Assembly: GCF_036321535.1 (NCBI RefSeq) | Contig: NC_087445.1 | Coordinates: 28,644,001-28,708,000 of the forward strand | Direction: 5' to 3' | Origin: Camelus dromedarius | Lineage: Eukaryota | Length of the DNA stretch: 64,000 nucleotides | In this document: positions 50,010-61,995 of the stretch, piece by piece | Layout: each line of letters opens with the position of its first letter | How positions within the stretch are numbered: position 1 is the first letter of the stretch | Program-made: the position numbers and the translations under genes | The notes under the pieces: generated by a model | Seen by the model: only the letters and a program-made list of their open reading frames with translations | Told to the model about the DNA's origin: nothing | Database searches by the model: none

Positions 50010-50381
50010 ATATTTTCATTTACATATAATTGATACATAAGTTACACATATTTAGGACCCTACAGAGTGTTAAGTTTTGACTCATGGACACACCTGTGAA
50101 ACTCTTGTTGGATTTGTAATCCCTCTGTCTCAGCCCTCTTTCCCCTAGCGTGGTTCCCAACACTCCCCAAGCAAATGCTGATCGTCTCCATCACTACATT
50201 TTTGTTTTTGTTTTCTAGCATTTTATATGAATGGGATCATGCAATATGTACACTTTTTTTGCCTGGCTTATATTAAGCATAATTATTCCAAGATTAATCC
50301 ATGTTGGTGTGTGTATCAGTAAGTTAACTCTTTATTGCTGAATAGTATTCCAGTGTTTGAGTATATTAGTTTGTTTATCCA
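50010..50381 (-). mobile_element. L1MB/MC-like 3' end
   Basis: tatatgaatgggatcatgcaatatgtac; aatccatgttggtgtgtgtatcagtaag; ttattgctgaatagtattcca; gtttgtttatcca. Confidence 0.85.
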
Positions 50382-50387
50382 GGTACC

Positions 50388-50720
50388 CGTCTTTCAAAAA
50401 AATGATGCTAGAAAGGGTATGTAAATGCCAAAAGAAAATCAAAACTTACAATCATATCTTGTACCCAATACAAAAATTAACTTATAGATCCAAATGTAAA
50501 AAAAAAAAAAAAGCATAAAACCATTAAACTGATGAAAAAAGCATAGAAAATCTTTGTGATTTGAATTAGGAAGTATTTCCCCAAAACCACAATCTCTAAA
50601 AGAAAGTATTGTTAACTTGAAATCATCAAAATTCAAAACTTCTCTCAAAAGATATTTAAGAGAAAATCAAACCATAGATTTAGGGGAAAGTTTTAAAAAT
50701 AATTAAATTTTAAAACGTGC
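50388..50720 (+). mobile_element. L1 ORF2 segment, inverted relative to the adjacent 3' end
   Basis: gtctttcaaaaaaatgatgctagaa; atacaaaaattaact; agaaaatctttgtgatttgaattagg; atcatcaaaattcaaaacttct. Confidence 0.8.
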
Positions 50721-53700
50721 AGAAAAAAAGTATAAAGAGGTATATAAGAATACCATTATATGAAATTTTTAGAGTATCGATTTAGCTTAAAATTTGGCTA
50801 CAGTAAATAAATTGAGGAATGAGGATTGATAGCCTATCAATAAGCCCTAACTACTCTTCACTGTGTAACCCTTTTATCAAACCTGTAATTGACTGAAGTC
50901 TATAGAAAATTCTGTTATTAAACCAAATGGGAAAATGGGGAGCTTTCTGCAACTGTCACCAGTGGGGCTATGAACCTCTATCTTGAATTTCTCCTTCCTT
51001 TAAATGTATAAATTACTTTTTCTTCATCTCACAGCAGTTCATTTTGATATAAGTTATTCACAGTTTTTTGGTTCAGTAATAGAGCCTTCAGGAAAGTGTG
51101 CTAACTTTTTAACTTTGTTGGGTGTATTAGTGGCTTTCTAGTGCCCTGACACATGCACTTTTACAAAATGCGTAACTTTTAAAGCAGTTGTGGTTTTGCT
51201 AAACTTCTGGCTTGTCATTGGAAGCATCTAGATCATTAAAATGTATTCATTTAGACATTTCAACTGTCACCCTTATCATCTACAGCAGAGCCAACACTGC
51301 TTTCCAGTCCTGGGTTGAAAAAGAGGAGGGATTCCTTTCTAAAGGCTTGATTAAAGTAATGAACTCTAGAAATTTGAATCTGTGTATACCATGGCTATTG
51401 AAGGAGACTGTAGTCTTTGTGACTATAAAAAGGAGGGAGAACTTTTGCATTTCTGTTTGCATGTGGGCAGGGAACCCTGAAGAATTGATTTACCATCTGG
51501 ATCCTATCAACATTAGACTAAAAAAACACAAAAGACATATCCATTTACTAGTAGAGATCTCATTCTTAAATATTGTTTACACCTGTTTTGGAAAATATTT
51601 TATATACTTTTTACAGGCACAGCCTAAGTACATCACTTTGAGAAACCACTGCTTAGCCTAAAGTCTCTGAAGGGTATTGTTTGATGGTTTGAGGGGAGGA
51701 GTAACTACAAAAGTATATCCATCCTTAGCTTTGCTACACCATCTGACTACAGTTGATTGAATGACTTTATTCAGCTTTTGTCCAGGGTTATATACACTCA
51801 TATATACACATATATTTTGTTCAGTTTATTACATGTTGATTACTCTTAATATGAAAGAGCTTCTATGGCACTGACACAGTATATGTATATTTAAAATTGA
51901 TAATGACTACTATCCATTTGAATTGCTTCTGTCTAAATTTCCTAGTTTGTTTTCTCCCATACCCTATTTTGCATTTGGCCTTGTTATCAACAAAGTTTAA
52001 AACTTTGTTATATACAAAAATACATGATTTACTTAGATTTTAAAAATCCATCTCATCCTTTTAATTTCATTTATTTCCATCTGTGGATTATATAACTTGC
52101 TGAATTGAGAGATTACAAAATGTGTTGAATCTGTAATAAATCTTCAAAAAGCAGTATGATGACTTTTTAGGTTATGCAAATTGAGGCCTGCATAAAACAT
52201 AATCCTTTGCTCATTGAAAAGAGATGTAGCATTAGTTCTGAGTTTATATCTCTCTTGATATCCAGCTCTCTTGCTTGCTTACTATACTTGGACTTTCCTT
52301 GAGAATTGCCTGTTGATATTAGTTGAAGATAGTAGGAATGAAATCAATGTGCTTTTACCTAGTTGAAGAAATAGAAAAGTCGTCAATAAAGACTTCTACA
52401 AATTCATATTAATTGCTCTAGGTAGGCATGAATACCTAATGAAGCTTTACATTTACAGTGGAAATGTGTTTTGAAAGTCAAAATGGTATTCTTTTAGTCA
52501 GCTGCTCTTGGAGCTGTAAATTACACCTGTGACAGTTAAACTACTAGGCTCAAGGATTCAGCAGAGGTGTTAGTTTGAAATGTGTTGGGGGGATTTCTTT
52601 GCAGGCCAGCTTTATAGCACATTTCTTAAAGTTGTAACTGAAATGGGTGCTGGAACTATAGCATGGTTTTTTGAATGGAAATGGAAGAGTGAATCTGTTA
52701 GGCTTCTTGTCCTTGATAACTGGAATTTATTACATTGCCCTCATCATGAGGACATCTCCAAAGGATGGAATTTAAGGATGGTAACTTCTGTCTTTTCCAC
52801 TCAAATAAAAATAGGCATAAATTTTGGCCCTAAACAGATTTTAAAGGGAAAAACTACTGTGTTAAATAAAATTTGATCATAAGTGATATAATATGAGTAT
52901 TTGAATTATTGGATGTTTCTCCTCGTTTGTTTTTTAAAAGAAAATCAATTAGGGACTAATTATATCAATTTAATGAGAATAAAAACAATTTGGCTTAAAT
53001 CTAATAGAAAAAAAAAAACTTAGGTTGTACTTAATCCTGCATCTATCATGAAAGCATTTGTACCTCTTATGAATATTTTTACTAAATCATTAAATGCAGT
53101 ATCTTGAACCTTTATTCTATTAACATTTTTTTTAATGCCAAGCACTATTTTGTGGCCATCTGCCATTTTATTTCAGTTCATCACTGCATATAAGCAAATT
53201 AATGATAAGTCCTAAAGTAAATGATCAGTGACAACAACAAAAATAAAATGAGATACACGTTTGATTACGCAAAAGTTTTATACAACAGGCCAAACCAGCT
53301 GATTTGCTAAGTTCAAGGTTTCACCTGCCATGAAAACTGTTGAAATGTACCTTTCAGAGAAGTGAAAATTTGACACAATTTAAAAGACTGTTTCTGGGCT
53401 CTCCGTCAGAGCAGTTTTGAAGATGTGCGAATTACTCAAGCTTTCTGGGAGGTGCCTGTTGGAGAACCTGAGATTAGAATATGACATGGTTCTGGGACAC
53501 CAGCATGTGTGGATACCCCATTCTGACAGGGAGAAAAAGAGGAAATGAATATGTCACCACTGCTTTGAAATGAATCCCTGGTAAGGAAACAGAACACATG
53601 ATTCAGTTCAGGTTTTTTTCTCTCTGGCAAGGCTGAATGAAAAAACAAAAAGGAGTGAAGATACAGGGGATGAAGAAGAGACATCTTTAAGTTGTTTCCA

Positions 53701-54254
53701 TTTGTATAAGAAAATAGCTAATTACTGATCCTGGCCAAATGATGACTATGTAGCATTTAAAATTAAAAAAAACAGTCAGACTTCAGTAGGAAGAAGAGAC
53801 GATTTCTCTCTCCATTTTTGACATTGTCTTAAGCATGTTACTGTTATTTTGAAATTAAGAGACAAGACAAAAGCTCGTTTATTTATTGTGGCAGAAATAA
53901 TAGATTAATTAGTTACATTGATCCCCCTCCCCCCAGAACTACATTTAATAAACTCTAAGGTATTTCCTAAGTCTAAAATGGTGGCATTAAGAAAAAAACA
54001 CATTATAGTAAGTATAAATAACGGATAGTGATGTTTAGTTTCTTTTTTTAGATTTTTTTACCTAAATCTATATATGTATGTACGCATAATACATTATAAA
54101 TATAAACTATATTTATAGATCTATTATATAATACACAAATTTATGAATGACAAAGGTTAAATTTGTAACTATGGAAAAAAGATTTAGCTTCCAAAATAAA
54201 TTTTTATAATAAAATGAACTGTAATAGGTAACATTTGGCTTCTAATAACAAACC

Positions 54255-54350
54255 ATGATATTTATTGACTTCTTGCTACATATCAGGTGCTGTACTGGTG
54301 TTGGGCACGCTGTTAACTGTAGTGAGTCCTCTCTCAGGAGTAATAACCCT
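54255..54350 (-). mobile_element. L2 3' end fragment
   Basis: atatttattgacttcttgctacatatcaggtgctgtactggtgttggg. Confidence 0.55.
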
Positions 54351-54448
54351 TCCTTTGCAGGGTCCCTGAGTAACATAAAGGTAGAAACTTCTAGTGTATT
54401 CATGGCACGTGGTGAAAGGTAGTATTTGCCACAGAGTACGTTCCCTTC

Positions 54449-54505
54449 GATCTCAGTTAAGACCACCAAACTGCACTTGATCTCAGTTAAGACCACCAAA
54501 CTGCA
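54449..54505. repeat. Tandem duplication, period 30 bp, 27 nt identical
   Basis: gatctcagttaagaccaccaaactgca at 54449-54475 and 54479-54505. Confidence 0.97.
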
Positions 54506-57289
54506 TTACCTTGTTGACTCCCTTCAAATGTGGCCCCAATCCCTATGGGTGCCCCTTTCTTCCACTGTCCATCCTTTCCTGTACCACACACTACTTACTA
54601 ATAGTCATCAACGTCTGCTGTAGCCTTTTCTGGTATAAAACAACCAATATATTTTCTTTAAGGAGAATTTAAAGCTATATAAGCATAAAAAGACAATAAA
54701 GGACACCTGGGGACTTTGTGTTGGCTTCTCTCCCTATTTTGCTAGGCTGCTCGTGTTTGTATGGTCAGTGACATGCATAGGTTTGGGTCTGTGACCTGTA
54801 CTATCTCCTTTAGCCTCCTTACCAATTTAGATGCTTTAACTTCAGGTTTCTCAACCTTAAACTCTTTTTTTTTTTTTAAACCTATCAAAAATGATGAATT
54901 CCTACATTCTAAGCCAGAAGCACATGTGACTGTGCATAGTGAAAGTGGCCCCAAATATAGTAAAACCTTACATATATGAAAGTGAGATTCCTTAGACAGG
55001 GAGGAATGCATGATTATCTAATTGAATGCATATTTACTACAATAGCTATGATGATAGAATATACATATATACATACAACATAGCGTTTGCTGGATAATCT
55101 CTGCTCTGTCACCTTATTTTGATGGCCTTACAGTATCCTTTATATAGTCTAAATCATTTCTAAGAAGTAGAAGCCATTGACTGGCCACAAAAGATGTTGT
55201 TTTGTTTTGTTTTGTTTTTTGATTAGTATGTATCATACATTCAGTCATAGACTGTTAGAAAAACATTTATGGTTAAGTTTACTTTCAGTGTTTGGCAACA
55301 GAATTTCAACTATGAACAGTGGTGAGTAACCAAACATGGCCCAACTTAGTGGTGACATATGTTCTACACATAGTGAAGACGAATACAGCCTAAGAAACTA
55401 GACATTTATATACAAAATGTCTTTAACTTTGTAGAGACTTCCAGATATATTTTTAGCTTCTTTCGTGACAGCAGGGTAAGAATGACAGAAGTCTGAAGCA
55501 GGGTGAGAGCTTGGAATTCTTGCCTTCTGTTCTGCAAAACAATATAATCCCAGATGTTTTCCCAAAGGATGGCATGCTCTTTTGAGATCAGCCAAGACAC
55601 ATTCTTTATATCCATCTGTCTCCCGTTCCACGTCAGAAATGAAGATGTCTTCATGGATCTTCATCTGCCCCGTCCCATTTCTGTGTTCCCATAATGAGCT
55701 GAAGGTGGAAATAAAAATTCTAGAATGGACCTTGACCCATGTAAAGTGGAGTGTTTTTCATTAATCTTATTTCCCACATTTCATTTGTCTACATTCTGTG
55801 CTCAGGTGCTTCATCTTCATGTGTTGATTCTCTCTAGGAAGTGGACTAGGTATCCTTTCCCCCAACTTAGGTTTCATTGATCACCTCACTGCCCCTGCCA
55901 GAGCACTAGGAGCTGCATTCTAAGTTGTGTCTGGAATAGAAATATAATCCTAATTTTGGGAGATGTCCAAAGGAAGATGACAGGAACCCAGATGGCAACA
56001 AGCCTTACGATACTCCTGCCATTCAAAGCCAGTGCTTTTTCTTAGAAATTTGGATTTAGGATTTCACATCAAATTCTCAGGAGTTGGGGGTGGGGGTGGC
56101 AATCCACATGAATTAAGATAAAAATCTTCCTGGAAAAAATCATAGGAACATCTTTTACACTAACTCTCAGCTTGCCAAAACTAAAGGATGGGTGATTACC
56201 AAGTAGAAGTTTTGTTTGCTCTTTTTCTCCATGAGTCTTAAATTTGAGAGAACATCTGTTTTTATTCTCAGAGTTTTATATATCAAAAGTGGAAAAATTT
56301 GTTTTCTTTTGATATTGCGATTTTGAGCAGATTGAAAGCTACTAACTTGAAGAAACAATGGCTTGTCTGTGTCTTTGTCTGTGTATGTGTGTTTATAATC
56401 AAGCAGCTGGATTTGTTGATAGGCAAGTCATGTACTCATAGGTGTAGAGAGACTTCAGTTTCAAGATGGTGAACTCTGACCCTGGATCAGCTTACTCTCC
56501 CCACACCAAAGCCTATGAAAATGATAGAAAAGGCATACAAACTCAAATATGTTGGTGTGTTATGAATTTTATGGACCTAAGTTTGCTTCTTACTTCTTTT
56601 GACACTTCTATAGTATGTATTCCAGTGGGTCAAAATAAACATTTGTTGGACAGTGAATGGATTTCTATCCCAAGATTAAGTTGATTTCCTAGCAGAGTCT
56701 TTATAAAATTATATCTCAGTGAATACCTAGCCATCTAACTTCACCTCAATACAGGTTAGACTTGATGAGTCTGCTACTCAATATCCATATTTTAACTGTT
56801 AAAGAGTAGATGTCACCATTGCCCTTTGGATGGCTTCTTTGTTGGGCAAATCAAACTACGTGCTGTTCTTTTTCTAATCTGTTCACATACCTCTGAAAAC
56901 TGCGCGTAGTATACTCCCAATTTAAGTACTTTGACCACAGGTTATTTGTGGCTGTATTTAGGTGACTAAGAAATTTTTCTCTACTTTATATTTTTCTATA
57001 TTTGATAATTCTATGTAGTGAAATATATTTCTCTGATAAGAAAACAGAAGAAAGTGATATTTCCCCCCATTTCCAACAACATTTGATTTTGTTTTCTATT
57101 CTTCAAAACCTAATTCAAAATCCTGTTAATAAAGCTTTACTTTTGTAATCCTCCCCTTCTTGTCTGTAATCTGTGGTCTTTTTTTTCCTCTGAATCTATT
57201 AGGAGCCCTGCATCCTCCTTTCTTATATCACAGTGTACATGCCTCATCTCCTTAAGTGACAGAGAATTTGGGGGCTAACAAAAAGGTCA

Positions 57290-57430
57290 TACTTAATTAA
57301 AACATGGTCATGCAGCCTCTCTGAGCCTATTCATACATCTCTAAGAATGATGGTTCTTGTAGGGTTTGGGCTGTTAAAGGAGATAATGCATTTTACAGTG
57401 CCCAGCCTTCTACCTATCAGAGATAAACCT
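57290..57430 (+). mobile_element. MIR SINE
   Basis: gcagcctctctgagcctattcatacatctctaagaatg...gggctgttaaaggagataatgcattttacagtgcccagc. Confidence 0.6.
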
Positions 57431-57889
57431 CAGTTCCCCTCTCCTACTTCTTTTTGATCTGTCTTATTTATCATGGTTTCTCCTTGAAGGTGGTGTGGTG
57501 GTTTGCATGGAGTATGTGTCTAGCAGATGATTGATGAATGAAGGATTGAGCTAATTAATTTAGGATGGAACTCATGCATTTCACTTCTTCAACTCACCAG
57601 AAGATAAGTTAAAGCAAAGCAAATGCTGCTTGTTTTTGTGTCACACCAGGCGACATAGGTCCACTGTTTAGGTTAGTTCATACTGCTCAAGGTTAGAGTG
57701 ACTCTACAGTGACTATTTCTTGCTTCTCTAGAAGGCTTTCTTGTACTAGTATTTTTATCTTCTAATTATTTTTGTAAAGGAACCATTAAAGAAAAGAATT
57801 TTTTTTCCTAGCATTTTAAGTTGATTCAGGGTCAGAGTGCAGTTGTCATCTGTGAAATGATGAGATAAACCTTGTAAACCAGGCCATTT

Positions 57890-58305
57890 GTGTTTTGCCC
57901 AACTCTGGTTTCAAGAAGTTTAACATGGCAGCCATTCTAATTATCCTCCCAATTCAGTGACTGAGTTGGTGCTTTTTCTACTCTGGGCCAGCTTAACTGA
58001 GCTGTACTTACTCTCTCATGCATCTGCAGTCATGTGGCAGGATAGCTGATGGCTTGATGGTGTGGAATATGATCACTCACACTTCTGAGATTTGGTAGGC
58101 TATTGGCTCCGACAGCAGAGACAGCTGGGCCACATGCCCTGGAAGTCTCTTTCACATGGTGGCAGTCACAGGGGTCAAAAGAGCAGCCCCTGTGCACAGT
58201 GATAGACCAAGTGCTGCTTGTGTCACACTTGCTAATTCATTGCCTAAAGCAAGCCACACGGCCAGCTCAGAATTAAGAGTTGATGGTCATTTTCATTCTA
58301 CCACA
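57890..58305 (-). mobile_element. Older MLT1-family LTR (ERVL-MaLR)
   Basis: ctgggccagcttaactgagctg...catgcatctgcagtca; gcctaaagcaagccacacggccagctcaga; ends ctaccaca (reverse complement of the tgtggtag LTR start). Confidence 0.75.
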
Positions 58306-61300
58306 GAACATAGGGGAAGGGGTGAATATTCTTGTGGTCCTCTTTGGCTTTCTCTTGCTTCCAGTATAGTTTGTGACCTCACAGAAGTGTAGTCCTATGT
58401 ATTTAGTCCCTGCCATTGTGCAAGCTGCCCGACCCCTTCCCTATTTGGGTTCCCTGTTGCTTGGCTCTCCCTTTCTTATTGTGACTTCTCATGAAGCTGC
58501 GAGAACTTCTTAGGATTCTATCTCCATCTTCTGAGGAGTGTAGTCAAGGGGGCTGGTGGGAATGCCTCCATTTACTTTCTAGGCCCTTCAGTGAGACTTC
58601 TATTCCCAGCACTCTGGGAGAAGAATGGACACCAAATCCAAAAAGCACACTTTATGTTCTCTCAACAACTGTCTGACCCTGGTCAACTCAGACTGAGAAA
58701 GAAAAGCTTGTCCCCAGTCCCCCTTTTTAGCAAGTATTCCAAACTAGATAGTCATTTTCCCTGAAAGAGAGAATCCTGTACTTTCCGAATTACCTATTGA
58801 CTTTCCTTCCTCTTCCTTTCATGTGGCGATTAGGGATTAGATTTGGGGTTGCTGGTGTTGGAGTTATGGTAATAGGTCAGTTCTGTCATCTCTTAGAAAC
58901 CCTGCAAGTAGCTATCTGTTGCTGTCACCTGGCAGTGCAGGTCAGTGATAGGTTCCTTTAATAGGTGGTAGGGGAGGGCCTGGCTATTACCACTAGTTGT
59001 TTTCAACTTAGGTCTTAGCTGTAACTGGAATACAACCAAAAAGTTCTACCCAAATCCCAATAGCATTATTTTATATATACTTCTTTGCTTAGTGCAACAC
59101 GTAGTCTTTTCTTTAATTGAATAAGCTGGCTAGATCCCATTTCTGGTTTCATCCATTCTAGGGCTTGATGTTGCTGACTGGGTATTAGTGAAGTTTGTGC
59201 ATATTTACTCCAAGCAAAGAGATGTTGCTTGGAGTTGGACTCAAAGTCAACACTGAGAAGAGCTTTGAATTTGGAAATGAATCATTATACCTATGAATTC
59301 TGCAGAAATGTTGTTAGCAATTTCCAGGTAAAGCCAGTTAATGAGTTTTCTTCATAGTGATGTGATTGAGAATGATCACCTCATCTGCCACACAGGTTGG
59401 GATCTGAAGTCACTTATAAAGACTGGTTCATCAGGCTGTTAAATACTTCTGTCAGTCTTGCATCCTAGATAATCTTTTAGGAATCATTAATCTTTGTGGG
59501 TTTTTTGTTTTAAAGGAAAGGAATGGAAAAAGATGACCTACCGTATGCTCTCTTACCCATAAAAACGATGAGTTTTATTTTTGAAAAGAATACATTGATG
59601 AGCTATGGAGCACATAGGAATGGAATAAAATGGGTTTAGTGTGTGAAAACTCCTATATTGAATGCCACTTGATGGAGAAAAAGCATATAAAGCAGAAAAT
59701 TTCTTACATAGCCTCTGGAATTTAAAAAATAGTTAATGGCCAATATGTATTTGTTCCATGAATCATAAGATAAAAAGGTGTACAGAAATTCACTTTAGTA
59801 AGAGATTACCAGTGATTGGAAAATACACCTTTTGAAATAACTAGGAAAGAGAGGGAAAATGCCTGAAGGGAATAAGATGTCTTTTGAGCAAAAACCACCC
59901 TGACGTTAATGGTCTTATTGGTCATGCTTTTATAGGAACTTTGCTGTCCAAGTATCAGGGACAAGACAAGAATGAAGTTTGTTCAACCTTCCTTTCAAGG
60001 CAGAATTGGTCTTTGCTATTGGGGGTTGTGAATAATTGTTATGACAGCTATACAGTAAGTTCACTATCAAAGGCAGGCCCATATAGAAAGGATGGCCTTT
60101 TCATTTCACAACCTGTTCAGGGACTGCTTGTTTTCTTAGTTCTCACGTTTAAATGACTTGACCCATGTCTGAATTAGTAGAACAGTCGAACCCTAGATCT
60201 GAATGTCTTAATGTGCTTGTCAGGAATTTTCAAAGTCAGCTCTCTAGACCTCAGGTGGCCAGTGTGTCCTTTAAGAAATCCTAGGACTGGGCTTTTATAC
60301 TATAAATCATGCAGTACTGTGTTTCTGGTTTTCACTTTGAATGAATTTAGCTTTGTTAAGTGATTGAAAAATATGGTGTCCTCTTAAATGAGGTACTGTT
60401 CTTACACATTATGCTGGATTATATGTATTCAGGTACAAACGTGTGCATCTGTGTATATGTGTGTGTGTGTAGTGGATGCATTGTCATGTAGGTCACTGAA
60501 GCAACTGAAACATTAGTCAGACTTAAAATTTCTGAGAGCCACTAGTTATAATGCAGACATAGAATATACTTTTGACTTTGCTTTTTACCTGATACGGAGT
60601 CATGGTAGTACTAGTAAATATTAACAATTTACAATATGATACACTAAGTCATTTAATATTCACCACACTCCAAATGTGGGAGGTAACATAGACATATAAA
60701 ATACATGTACTGCTATTAGAGACTTGAAAATGTGTATATCCTCTTACTGTAAATGCTGGAACAATGCATAAGCATATGGAACATGAAGACCTACTTATGT
60801 ATAGAGAAATTTATTTTTTTTAATAATGTATATTGGGCCTTCAGTTTTTCAAGTTCCTAGAAATACAATGAAAAGTGGACAGACCATCTGTTTCTTCCCT
60901 TCAGCTTGAAGTAATTCCCTATTACAGTTTTTGCTTTGAGCTCTGCTCTGTTCAGGTTAATCAGCGATGTTTCTATTGGTATCACACTCTCCCAAAATTA
61001 ACTTGACTGATCCTTATTAACCTCCTTTCAGACGCTTCCCATAGTTTGCAAATGGACATCTGAATGTAGATACACTAAATGAAAGTATCTGAAATATTGC
61101 CACCTTCTTTGGATGATTACCTGGCTTGAAGCAGTGTTTGGGAATAGTGTACTTCTTTTGAAGTGACTTTAAAAAAAAAAGTTGGCTTGACATCCTAAGT
61201 TAACATTAGAAGTTTTGTTGTTGTTTTCTGGCTAATTTACAATTTGAATACTTTTATACTGCCTGTTTAAACAATTTCCTTTGGAATTTATTTGTCATTT

Positions 61301-61539
61301 CTTTTGTTTCACTTCATCTTCTCTCACAAAAGTTGTGTTGTTTTCTCATATGTCCCTCCTTACAAAGCAGATATTCACATACTTTTATCTATGTCTGCTT
61401 AGACCCAAAGTCTGTGACTCTTGACAAATATATTTGATGATCACATTTTTTTGATATTTATTAGGCATAAACACAGATGATACTCTGTGAAAGAAATACT
61501 TTCTTGGTTCAAAACTATTTGGCTCCATACTTTCTACCA

Positions 61540-61995
61540 AATGGGCCCTACAACCCTTCCAGCTTCTCACAGTTTTACCAAGCTGACCATCTCTGTTTCA
61601 TGCTCCCACATACTTTGCCACATTGTCCCCCTCACCCTGTCCCCAAACGAATGCACCTGAGAAGTGGCTACACTTCACCCTGAATATACAAGCTGTCTAA
61701 TATCCCTGCACCTTGATCAGACTCTTCTCCGTGCCTCAGAGGCTCTTAACTACATCCCTGGCTGTCAAAATTCTATGTATGCTGTTAGGCGTGGCTTCCC
61801 CAAACTTTGACAGAATTCATTGCTCACTCTGGTGTGCTCTCTTAGCAATTGATTCTTTCACATATTTCTTTCTGGTCACATGCAAGTTACCACCGTTATA
61901 TTGTAAGGTTTTTGAGGGACAGTTCTTGGAACCCTCAGGTGCTAAACAGTGTTTCATACAGAGTCTGAGAATCAACCAATGTTTGTTAAATTGAA
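61540..61995 (+). mobile_element. L2 LINE 3' region
   Basis: tattgtaaggtttttgagggacag...ctcaggtgctaaacagtgtttcatacagagtctgagaatcaaccaatgtttgttaaattgaa. Confidence 0.7.

Noticed and set aside
51212-51661. Longest ORF in the track (149 aa)
   Set aside because: No recognisable domain, non-AUG start, and the 3' end runs into a MER5-like terminus. A rough estimate gives a few tenths of such an ORF expected by chance in six frames of 64 kb.
58310-59100. Possible MLT1 internal sequence beside the LTR
   Set aside because: No polypurine tract or primer-binding site at the LTR edge and no family match I can support.
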